The notes below the pieces were generated by a model. It saw only the letters and a program-made list of their open reading frames with translations. It was not told where the DNA came from and did not search any database. From assembly GCA_051362555.1 (NCBI GenBank), contig CM120640.1, positions 53,856,788-53,920,787 on the forward strand: DNA of 64,000 bases, in the 5' to 3' direction. Of this stretch, positions 41,401 to 53,973 are shown piece after piece. Each line of letters begins with the position of its first letter. Positions within the stretch are counted from its first letter, which is position 1. This DNA comes from Lingula anatina (lineage: Eukaryota; Animalia; Brachiopoda). The position numbers and the translations under genes were made by a program.

Positions 41401-44400
41401 CAGAATGTCTTTAGCTTTGATTTTGGGGGGTAAAAAAATTAGTCATAGCAATCTTTAAAAGTAGCACAATAAAACAATTACCTTCTTTATTTTCTTTATT
41501 TCATCACTTTCTTCTTCTGTTGATGTTGCAGCTTTCACATGGTTAGGATCCTTCTTTCCAGTCTTGAACTCACGCAGCTGAAATTGGAAATAACAACAAA
41601 ATTGTTCACTTTACACATACTTCCATAATACATAATTGCAGTTCTATAGTGATGACAAAATATGTATAATTGAATAAGATTTTGTAGTAATTGGGACAGA
41701 GAACAAAACATCGATATAAAGCCAAATGACATCTTATACCCTTTACCTTTCATTTATCAAAGTTAACATATGCTGTTGAAGAAAATTTGCAAGATATCAA
41801 TCTCCCCTAGCAACCATCACAAGCACTGAAAATTAACCAACTACAGTGCTGAAAATCACAAAACTTTGAATGGAGATTATAGCTTTCCTAGCCATCAAAA
41901 ATAAAGCATTTTGTTTCAAAAATTATTCAAGCACAAGGGAATACAATTTTACCTGCATAGCCTCTATTAAGATTTATCTAAATAGGCAACAAAGAGTATC
42001 GTTTAAAATAATTTTCCCAGAAACTAAACTGTTCTTGCTAAATTAAAGCAACCTTGACCTTACATGGACTATATTACCTGGACCCAAATAGGAAAAAAAA
42101 ATACAACTGAACGTTACAACTCTTATTAATATTCATGTCTCATTTTAAGGTCAATAAGTCCTAAGTATACATTAAAATGGCACTGGATATTATCAACTTG
42201 TTGAATCAGTAACCAGACATATGATACTGTAATATGTACATAGATAACACTGGTCGATCCCTTTTCCCTGCAGATTTGTGCAGTAAGGCTATATAACTGC
42301 ACCATCTCCCTTGAGGAGGAATGTGCCACTTGAATATATAATAACACATTGTTCCACAGTTGTGAACTTCAAAGCTGCTGCAACAGAGGACAGGCTGCTA
42401 TTGATTTTATGACAGATATTGTTAACTTCAAAGCCAGACCTGAACCACAACAAGCATATGCTTTTATCTGCTGTTGCTCTTTTACCAGCTGAGGCAATGA
42501 GAGAAAGAGAGAGAGAGAAAGAGAGAGAGAGAGACTGACTGACTTTCAAATCCATCCATGGAACTGATTGAGACAGGAAAAAACAGTAAAATTTCAAGAT
42601 GCAAGGATCAAAATGTTTTCACCTTTTCCAGCTGATGATCAGCTGATAATCGATTGCCTTTAAACAAAACTGATATGCAAATTACTAAAATAATTATGCA
42701 TAAAAGTAAGTGTAACCAAAGTACACCAGGGATCATCACCATTGACCAAAATCTAAGGGTTCTCATTTATCATCAGCAATGTTCATCAGAACAGCTGGTT
42801 TATACAGTGACTTACATATATATGTATATCTAGCAGCCACTGGCGCAAAGATTATTTTAAGCTCAAGGACATATGAAATTATTCATATGTACATGCAATT
42901 TTGGTACATTTTCTTCTGCCTTTACATCTGCAATTGTACACTTCAAGAAAAACTGGAAGGTCTCATTGAATATCTTTTAATACTTTATCTGACACTACGT
43001 AAACAGATCATGGCAAAGAAAGAATATGTGTAAGTAAGCATAAGGTGTACATGAAGTGAACACTGTAATTAAACATTTGTTCTTGTTTGTAGTAAGAAAG
43101 CCCATTTGGTCCTAAATATCATGATTTAAAGCTTTTTTTATTTCAGCAAAATTGGATTAGAACCACTGGATTTAGGTTTGGACCAATGGATTCCTACATC
43201 CTGGTGGCCTGAATGGCCTAACAGCAGAAAGAAATTTAGCACAAAATGGTTTGGATGGATCTGTGCCAAATGTGACCATATGGTCAGTGTGACATAGGGG
43301 GAAAAGTGAACAGAAAGGGAGAAATTCCTGGAGTCAGGATCCTATGACAGACATGTAATCCTCAAGTCAGGTACCACACAGGTGTGGAGATGGGAACCAT
43401 TACAATTTGGTGGAGATTTTGTCTGATACTAAATGCCAGGAGGAGCTTCATAGTACAACAAACAAGGATATCTATGGATATAACAACCTTTCTGTTTAAC
43501 TCCTTTAAGTCTTGCCCAAAAAACAGACAATCACTTAATTTTAACAATATTCTACATTACCTCAGTTTTCAGTTTTTTCACCTCCTCTGTCAGTTCCTCT
43601 GTCTGCTGAACATACTGCCATCTAGCCTTGCGTTCACTGTCCAGTATTTGAAGCAAGTGCAAATGTTTTTGTTCCAATTGCTCTTTTTGTTCAATAACCC
43701 GGCTAAAACTAAACAAAAAAAAACATTTTAAGATTGTTAATACTGATATCATTGGATGCAATATCAGAATATGCATCATGTAATCCCCCCTATTAGATCT
43801 CAGATTCTGTTAATCACAATTGACTCTTAATTCAGCATCACTGGATTTAGAGTATAGGACTTGTACTAAATATTAAGGTACAGAGCAAGGTGCAAAGGTG
43901 TGGTAAAGCCAAATTGGTCTCACATCAATTAGATAAAATTTAATATAAAGGACACTGTCACAGCCTTCACAAGAAACCTTTAAAATATTTCAAATGAGAT
44001 TAAAACCTTTTTGTGTGCAAACTAACACATAACAAGTACCTTGCCATCTTGATGGCATCAATCCATGCATTGCACTCCACTTCAGACTCTGCTGCCAGAT
44101 CATACTGCCTCTGTCCTTCTTTGGTAAAGTTGATGGCAAAACTGTACAGCTAGAAAAGATAGAATTTATGTTAGCTTGAAGGCCTTTCATAATCTCATGA
44201 TCTCAAATTTAATTTTTTTTTTACAAGTACAAAATTAATTTTTTCACATATAGTGTATCTAAGTTGCATAATAATTTGTTAAAACACTATTTGCCTACTT
44301 TTCCAAATTTGTCCTGGGCTATAAGTGCACATACGGCATCATCAAGGCAATTGGCTATGAATGAACCAAATGAAACTGCAGTAACATACTTTTTTTGTTG

Positions 44401-47400
44401 AATTTATTCAAAGACAATATTTCACTGACCACATTTGAAATCATTGCCAATGCAAATTAAGTAAGCTTCAGCTGAAAAATGTATTGTGTATAGATAGGAA
44501 AGTGCTCACACAGGGTCATCTTGTCCAACTTCCTTATCTCATTCAGATGTTAAAGACATAACTGGGACATTATATTTTTTATTCTGACAGATTGTTCAAT
44601 AACAAACTCAAAAGCAAAATTTTATGGTTCTAACCAAAAAAGTTCAGTCCAACCCCCTCATAAAGAAAGAGAGAAAGACAAAAATTTGCAGCAGTGGTTG
44701 GCAAAAGTAACAGATTAAGCAATGCACCATTTGTAAAGATTATGGTTATTTCCACTGTTGTGTGCTATATACCTAAGACAGCCCATCCCAACACATGACA
44801 TGGCAGTGAACCATCAACTAATTAACCAGGAAAATCTGGTTATGCATTGCTATGACAACCATCAGGTGCATCACAGGTAGCTGACAAAGCATCCGGATAT
44901 CCTCTGTGCCAGCAAAACAATTAACTTATTCAGCTTGAAAGACGTAAGCAAAGACAGATATAAAAAAATACAAATAAAAAGCAAATCAATTTCAATAAGA
45001 TTTAAAAGATTAAGCTGGTAAATTTTTATATTAAATTTGTTGTTTATTCATCTTTTCTTCAATCAGTTTCATATCAGTAATACTAACTCTTCTCCCAACC
45101 CCGAATCAACCTAATACACAAACTATCATATTTCATTACATGGAACCAATTTGGTTCTTTTGATCACAAACTAATTTAATACACCTTGAACATGCTCAAA
45201 ATAATGATGCATTACATATCAAACTGCACAGGTTGCAAAAACTCTCAGCTGTACAGGCCTGAATCTTGATAAGGAATGTTTTGATAATATTCCATACATT
45301 TTATGATTCAAGTTCAACAGCATAACATCGGTCTTAGAGCCCATTCAGAAAAGATGATCCTCGGATCTAATGATTTGGGGATCAAATATGGGAGACCCTA
45401 CATGAAAGCAACACCGCTTTATCCACGATAGTCTCACCGCCTCCACACGGGCCATTAATTGGATTAAATCTTGGCTCTTAGGTTTAATTGATAGGCCCCT
45501 TCAGGGACAGCGCGTGTGAAGGCAGAGAGACCCTTAACGGATTAAGCAGTCTTGCTTTTATGTAGGGTCTGCCATATTTTATCTGCAGAACAGTAGATGC
45601 AAGGATCATCTGTTCTGCTTGGGCTCTTAGGGGCCATTCAGAATAGAAGATCAGAGTAACAACTGTTCCACAGACATGTGGGGAGGCGGAGAGACCATTA
45701 CAGGATTAAGCGATCTTCCTTTCATGCAGGGTCCGCCATATTTAGACCTGTTAGTACTTGGATCTTTCACTCTGAATGGGGCATTACAGTGCTTTGCAAA
45801 ACTAGAGTCCAACATTTTATGATGTAATAGCAATAGATATTGTAGCAGCAAATATTTAAGTTTGTACAACAATTAAGCAACCAAAAGCAGAAATATTAAA
45901 AAAAAATTGATTTGTTTAAAGCTAAATTTCCCGATGGTTATACGGTAAAGTCTTGAAAATTTCGTCGGCAGACGATTTTCCGCCGGCGTAATTTTTTTCC
46001 CTTTGAAAACTTCGTCGACCTTGAAAATAAAGTACTCGATAATTTTTGAAAAGTTCGTCACCAAATATGGACGTGTTGTCCAGCTCAAACAGGAAGGTAA
46101 TGCGTCAGTTGATTCAAGACAATGATACGATCAGGATATCATTGCCGATAACACTCTCAACAGGAGATAGGAACAATAGTGCGCCCCTGCGAGCGGTTAC
46201 TCACAATATGGATGGTTTAGATGTGAATTCCCGTTCTCAATTGCGGGAACGTCGGCCTTTTGTCTTTAGTTTCATTATTATTACCTGGCTTAAGGTGCGT
46301 TATCAAGCCGGCAAATAGAAGTCACAGGCCGCGGCTTTGTCATTTGTAACGCCGTTATTGTTATCGGCGGCTGTCCTAAATGAGGAAGACACAATGAAAA
46401 AATCAAGATATTATCTCGAAGTCAGATCGCATTACACGGTATCAGATGCGACACCGCTCTTGCCTTGTACGCGATGTGATAGTGACGATTCTCAGCGGGG
46501 TTGAAAAGCATTGCATCACCACTCAAAATTTGTTCAGGGTATGATACTGTGTAATGCGATCTGACACACACCTTGAAAACGGGTAGTGTGGTCTGATCTA
46601 CCGGTGAATTCTGGATCATTCGGTGCAGAGTCTGGTAGTTGGGTAGGCCTGAAAAGGCAATTTTCCTATCATCCTCGGGAGATCGTTTGCAATGTAAGCA
46701 AGAATGAAATGCAATTTTCAAATTAGTTCAAGGGATTTAGGGAACTTCGTTTGCGGAAGATCGCTAGCGGGAGATAATTATTTAACCCCCCGCCTCCCAC
46801 ACACACATACTTTGGATTTTTAAAAAATATTCATTTTCATTTTATCTTTAAACCGCCCCTCCCTCTCTCCCGCTCACGGTATATCTTCGGCGGAGAATCG
46901 TTCGCGTAATATCCTCAGGACATCGTTCCCGATCCTAGCTAGACGAAAAGGAAATTTTCATATCTTCATATGGAGATTGTTCGCGATGTAAGCAATAATA
47001 AAATGCAGTTTTCATATTAGTTCAAGGAACTTAAATTGTGGAAGATCGTCAGCGGTAGATCATTATTTTAACTCCCTGTACAATTTTAGGAAGTTACAGA
47101 TGGTTATTTTAGAAGGCCTGACACTCAATCCTGGGAAGAGCCCTGCATGCAACAAACGTTGCCAAGTGCGTAATTTTTTTAAATATGTCGCGTCCAGGTT
47201 ATGATGCAAGGTTGCAATTAGGCTTATCTTGATCCTTCTCTTCTATCAGGAGGTATGTTTCTTACCGAGAAGATAATTCTCAACATATTTTCGGGTACAG
47301 TAAGTTAAATATAACTTAATCGAGATGCACTAATAAATAGATTATTATTTACCACCAGAAAATGACTTAGGAAGTAGTAATAAATATCCCACTATATAGG

Positions 47401-49578
47401 AGGGTCAAAGATAACAGCCGCTAAAGATAAAAGCCCAAAGGCCGGATTTTTGAAAATTTCGTCATACCCAGGAGTCGGGGAGAGGTAATTTTAAAAAATT
47501 AGTCGGATTTACACAATTAAAAATTACCAGGCCTACCCAACTACCAGACGTGGCACGGAAGGATCCTGAATTCAATGTAGATCAGGGCCCCCTAACTCAA
47601 AAGCATCACACTTTGTGACCGAGCGCAAGAGTCTTGATGCCATAACCCCCAATATGGGGCGAGTATGGGCGAGTTTTGGAATAGAGATGCTTGCGCTCGG
47701 TCACAATGCGCGAGGCCTTCAAGTTACGGGGCACAGATCACACTACCGGTTTTCAAGGTTTGTATCAGTATGCGCTTCACAATATCAGACACGGCACCTT
47801 CTTGCCCATAGCTGGTACGCGTGCCGTGTCTGATACTGTGAAGCACGTACTGATATACACCTTGAAAAACAGAAGCGCGATCCGATCTACAGTGAATTCT
47901 GGATCCTTCAGTGCCACGTCTGGTAGTTGGGTAGGCCTGTTAAGTATATACTAAACATGAGTTTTCAGGCACTATTAAGTTAAATACAAAATTTTCAGCT
48001 GAATCAATTGTGACATATGTTGGGCATCTGAAAAACAAATGCAAGCAGACACCCACACAAACAGGAATGTGCAAACATTCAACTAGTCAATGCACTTGTA
48101 ATCTTTTAAACTGATATTTCAGAGCCAAAAATAAAATGACTAGTTTACTAGTACTGATCCTATTATGTCCTGTACACCACTAAATTTCAAGAGAGCAAAG
48201 ACCATTTAATGATATTGAAACCGTTTTGTCATCAATTTTATCAAAAACTTTTAGATTTTTAAAACTTTTCCTTAAATTATATAATATTTTAACATGTACA
48301 GATGTGAAGTCGGGTTTATCAAGAAAGAAAAGGCTCAAATGGGGATCCCATGATAACCATTCCTCCAAATCTGCCTCTGTTCTTTTTCTGAAGCTGACCT
48401 AATTATGGAACTGTCTATATCTAACCCTTTGTCAGTGCAATTTGCCTTTATTGTATACTTAAAGATTTAGGAAATAGTGTAAACTTTCAGACAATATGTA
48501 CAGCGCCCTGATCAATGAAGTATGTAGATTCTTCTGCTGTGCCAATTTCAGAGAACAGAGATGGGATGCTGTCATCCACTCTGACAGGAGTAACCAATCA
48601 TTACATGAAGTCTACACGTCACAGTAAATATAGCAGCTATAGACCATATTCAGCACAACTCAAGAACAAAAGTATGTTAACCTTTTGTAAAAGGACAAAA
48701 ATCATGCAATACATAACACAAATGTTAATATTATTACTTAAATTGAAAATGAAACAAATTTAACATGCCAGTTCTTTTTTGGTATTTAAAATCGCACTAA
48801 ATGGCCATATATGCAAATAACTAAAGCTGAATGACTATTTTTTTTGTCAATGAAGCTTAGTTTCACACTGCAACCACACAACAAACATATCGATTCTCTT
48901 CTCGTTAAGTATATAAGAATCCAGCTGTCTATATTTGTGCAGTGATGAGTATTGATCAGAGATCAGTACAACCCAAGGGCCCTGGCTGGACTGAAACCTT
49001 GCCTTTCCCTAACAATATAATTACTTCTGTCAATACATTGATAAACTTCCCTTTTACCACTGCCCTAGATATACCCATGAAAGCATATGTTTAGTAAGGT
49101 AGACAGCTAGCTAGCTGTTAGAACTGTATAAAGACTGAAAGTTGTTTCCAGGCAATGACTGACATGAGTAATAAGATTTGATGCAACAAATATATGGCTG
49201 ATAAGATGTCTTACCACCATTAGCTCTGCATTTAAATCTTATTCAGGAACTGTGCAGCAGTTTTTTTTTCATTCAGCATTAATGCATTAATTAGGAAGTA
49301 ATCAGGGCTCAAGTAAATAATAATTCTTCAGGGCATTATTTTTCTCTTGGCACCTTCTGCAGAAAAAAGATACAACCCTAAGTAGAGTACCTAGCGCTAA
49401 GAAGATTGACTTTATTGAATAATTAAAAGACTAATGCAAACACAAAGGGGTAAAGAAGATCAAATTCAACACTGATCACTGGAAATCCCCTTAAAAATGG
49501 TCTTTATTTCAAAAACTTGTGCCTACAGCACACTAGAACATTGCGACCTGCATCACAAAAAGGTCATTGTAACAGTCC

Positions 49579-49609
<31 letters not shown>

Positions 49610-52600
49610 AGAATAGAGAGAGCAAAACTTGGTTACTCATCATAATAGCCCATGAGCCAAAGGCCTGATTTTTGGCCATTGGTACCAAAAAAGGGATAAA
49701 TTCTCATAACTAGTATAAAAAGTTATGCTCTTGAAGTAATTTAAATACAATTGAAGGGTCACTCCAAGATTGAAGGATTTTTGAAATATTAACAGAAGAC
49801 TGATGATAACAAAAATAAGCTCTTATTGTTATATTTTATACACTTACTAGTACACCAACTTTCACCATCATTCCTCAATTAATCAACACTTCCCACCATT
49901 AATTTGTAACATTAGGTCACCTCTTTAGGGGATATTTGTAGAGCTCTCTTGATTAAGAAAAGAATAGCATTCTTAAAGGAAAACACTAGCTGTCCGTCAC
50001 TGTTTACATTTTAGTATATAGACACCATTATGCTCAGACTGAACAATAATTGGCAACCATTTTCGTCATTCCAAATGTTAGAGTGAATCTTATATTTATC
50101 TTTTAGTATTACATATAGAATTTCATTCCAAATAGTTATGTTGAAGTTATTGAATATTTGTGAAGAATAGCAAATAATATTTGTTTACTTTCTTAATTTT
50201 TTTTTTTTACAAAATATAAAAATATGAGCTTCAGTATAAATTGCTGTTGCCTTGGATAAATTTTCGCTGTGTATTCCATATATATATGCATATAATCTGA
50301 ATCATGACCTTTATCTCATATATGAGCTATGGTTAATCTAAAATAAGTTTGTAACTTTTAATGAACAATTAACAGGTGATATCTGCTCTGTCACAGCAAT
50401 TTTGCAAAAGCTTTTTTTCTCTAGGTACCTCACTGATACTTCAATTTTAACATTCATACAAAATCTTGAATGGAGTTCACTGCCATCTCTAGTTTTTGAC
50501 TCCACATGTGTTATCTCATTACAACTAAGTTTTTATGTACAGTGATATAAAATTGTCGTATTCAAGGCATATAGTGGCATTTGATCACAAAATCCATTTT
50601 GGCACAAAAACTGTTCACTCTGTATTCATTGTTCCTTTGCAAGTGCACACTTTTATGGATGGAAATTCAGCAGAATATACCAAGCAATTTTTACAAATGA
50701 CATTTTTAATGAATTTCATTATAGTTTACTGGAGGTAACCTTTTATAATCATGTAACTTAATATTGGTGTATTTAATTAGTAATGTTCATTTTATTTTTC
50801 ATCAGTTGCTTTTTTATTTTTTGAAGAAACCATTTTGTCATTGTTATGTTAAATTGAGGACATTAGCTCTCTCTCTCTCATTCAGATATCTGAATAATGC
50901 TGTTTAAAACTTATTTTTGGCTTTGTAACAATATTATCATAGGTCCTTATCACGAGCACTATATGCACAAAATCCTGGCCCTTCTCAACAAATATAAAAA
51001 AACTTAAGTGGATGGCATAAATAGTTTATCATCTGAGCAGCCAGCAAAAATTCTTCATCAAGAGCTACACCCCCACCCAATCTGATAAAGTATTAACAGG
51101 TAAAACTTAAAGCAACATGGGAGCAGATATCAATAAATAATGTGCAATAATAAAGATCCTGTGTCCACCCACATATACCTCCCACAACTGTGAATCAATT
51201 TACACACCTCCATCTAATGTACGTGTGAACAAATGCAACCCTGATATATACTAGCCAAAGTAGAACTAGCTCGCCAACAGAACATGTGACATCTACCTCA
51301 GGCTCAGATATTAATAAAACATACAAGTAGTTTAACACATATCTGTTATTTGTTTTTCACAGAAAAGGCCAGCACTTTTGATTGTATGGTTTTGAAAATC
51401 ACCAACTGATTTATTTTTCTTTTACTTTCCTTCTAGCTTATCTAGTTTGGTAAAAGAGGTTGGGGAAGTGAGAAAAGAGGCTTACAAATATTACCTTCTC
51501 TTATAAAAAAACAATTTTTTCTTCAGTTTATCATAAAAATATGAAAACAAATTGATTGGGAAATGGTGTCAATCTTCACAAAAGGTACTGCTTTCTACAG
51601 ACTGTAATATATTAATTACAGTACCATATATCACTGTTATTAACCAAGGAAATATATGAAATGCAATATCCAATACAAAACATATTTCATCTCCCCACAC
51701 ATCCAATACCACGTGTCCATAGTTAATATCACTAAGAAATATGAACAAATTTTCTTTTACAGCATAAAAAATACATATTTTACAAAATTATCATTCATTT
51801 AAATCAGCATTTTTGTTAAGAACTATTTGGTTTCAGGTTGCTGTGCTGTTGTATTACAACTTGAACACTCTAAAAAGCTTAACATAAAGTACAACCAGCT
51901 CCCAAATTTACATTCACACAATACTGCAACTAAAGTCAATTCGAGTCAATGGTCCATCTATGTCATTGTTTGAGCTTAAACACAAAGAGACATTTCAATG
52001 TTATACAACTATTTTTACTATTAGAAGACTCTTAGAAGATGAAAACTACACTGTAGACAGATTTTTGTTACCAGAGGACATGATTGTTTAACACAAGATT
52101 TAAAAATATCAGCTACAATAGGGTTCTCAATACAATCTGGTCTTCTGGTAATATCAATTTTTCCAGTCCAAGTTTATTTGTTCACCAACTTTCCTCAGGC
52201 TGTATTGTTCACTTTAAGATTCTGCTTTGAGGCAATGGTATCACTCTGCCATCAGTGATGGGGAGATCACTATAATTTTTCTATGGTAGATCCTTAATCC
52301 ACTTCCATAATAGGCGTCTCAAGTAGGATCTGTATCAGATCAGGCCAAATGAACTTCCACTGGCATGGCTGAGGCTATGTTCTTTTAAAACATATTTCAG
52401 GTGAAGAAGTAAGATAAGGTCTGCACATGTTGAATACAGCGCAAAAATGGATAAAGGCAGCTTTAATGACATCAAGAAGAAGAAATAAAATAAATCTTTA
52501 AATGAAAGACCTCATAAAGCCAACTTGTCAGACAGCATTTTTCATTTCAGAGTTCTTAACTGTTGCAAGCAAAAGATTCAAACAGATTTTCAAACTTTTG

Positions 52601-53942
52601 AAATCTCAGCAAATAATAGTATATAGTATATAAGTAAGAGGATGATTTTTCACCTACACAACTAGCAGATACAATTTGGGGATGGACTAAACTTTGCATT
52701 ATAATATGGCTTATTGTGCTTACAATTCCAATGCATTTATAAAAGACACCTGCATCATCGCTTTTTTTTTCTTTTTTTGACAGGAAGCCCATCTAGATTG
52801 CTTAAAGTTGAAAATATTATTTTCAAATATACTGTGACATTTTAGTCAAAAAGTAAAATTATCTTGGAATACAAATGGATTGTATGCTAAAATAATTATG
52901 AAGACTTAACCGTGTGATAAGTAAATTGTGCAATTAACCCAATGAAGTCAAATTTTTGCCACAAAACCCAACCAAATTCCACCATTTAGTTTCAAATGGT
53001 ATAACTAAGAGAAATACCAAAGTACATCATCTCACATTTCTCGAAAAATGATATCTGAACAGATATTTTGCTTTCTTTCTGAGCTATTTGTAACACTTGC
53101 TCCTTTTCATTCTAATTAGTATGGAATTACCCATGCAGCTACAACCATACATTGGTGCGATGATTATGCAATGTGCTTGCATTACTGCATGATATTGAGG
53201 ACTTAAACGAACTGGAGGAACAGATTAATAGGTCAATTTCCTACCATCAATTTGAAGAAGAAGCAGTTTAAAGCTATTTTTTGGCTGAAGGAGGGATTAA
53301 TTTGGTTTATTACTTGGCATGTCAACTTTGCATAGACTGTATAAGAAACTAGTATAAGTGGTTTATATCCATCACTGGGAATCCATGCTCGCTTCTACTG
53401 TTACTTAAACCCATGTAAATTCTGGTCATGACAACATAATGAAATAAACCAGGTATTAATAATCAATTGTTTCAAATTGAATCATTTCTGATAATTATTA
53501 TTATCATTTTTTGTGGTAACCCCTTTCCCTGTGCCTTCTTGTACACAGATATAACCCTAGCACTTTTTGCATCAACATGTAAGCAAGCTGTGACTATAGT
53601 CTCGTTGCTATGGAGCAAGGTCTGTTGCCATGCAAAACAGGTAATGTGGGTCATTTTATGTTAATGTTCCCAACCTAGTCCCTACTACTGCAACAAAGCA
53701 GGCAGATCTATTATTGTCCAAGATTGCATGATAGAGGCAGAGAATTATTACTGTACCAGCCTAGGAATAATTAGAAATTGATTGCCTTGACTTATAACTT
53801 AACAGGTAGATCACTCTCAGTGTGGTGAACTGGTATTCGCGACATTTATTATAAGGTATCATATAGAATCAACTCTATGAAATTGTAAGTTTATAAATGT
53901 ATCTACCAGATGATTTTATATATAATTTGTGTGTGTGTGTGT

Positions 53943-53973
<31 letters not shown>

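Noticed and set aside
45880-47954. Short ORFs or a tRNA/SINE head in the CpG-rich region
   Set aside because: No transposase or RT motifs, and no convincing cloverleaf or A/B boxes recognised
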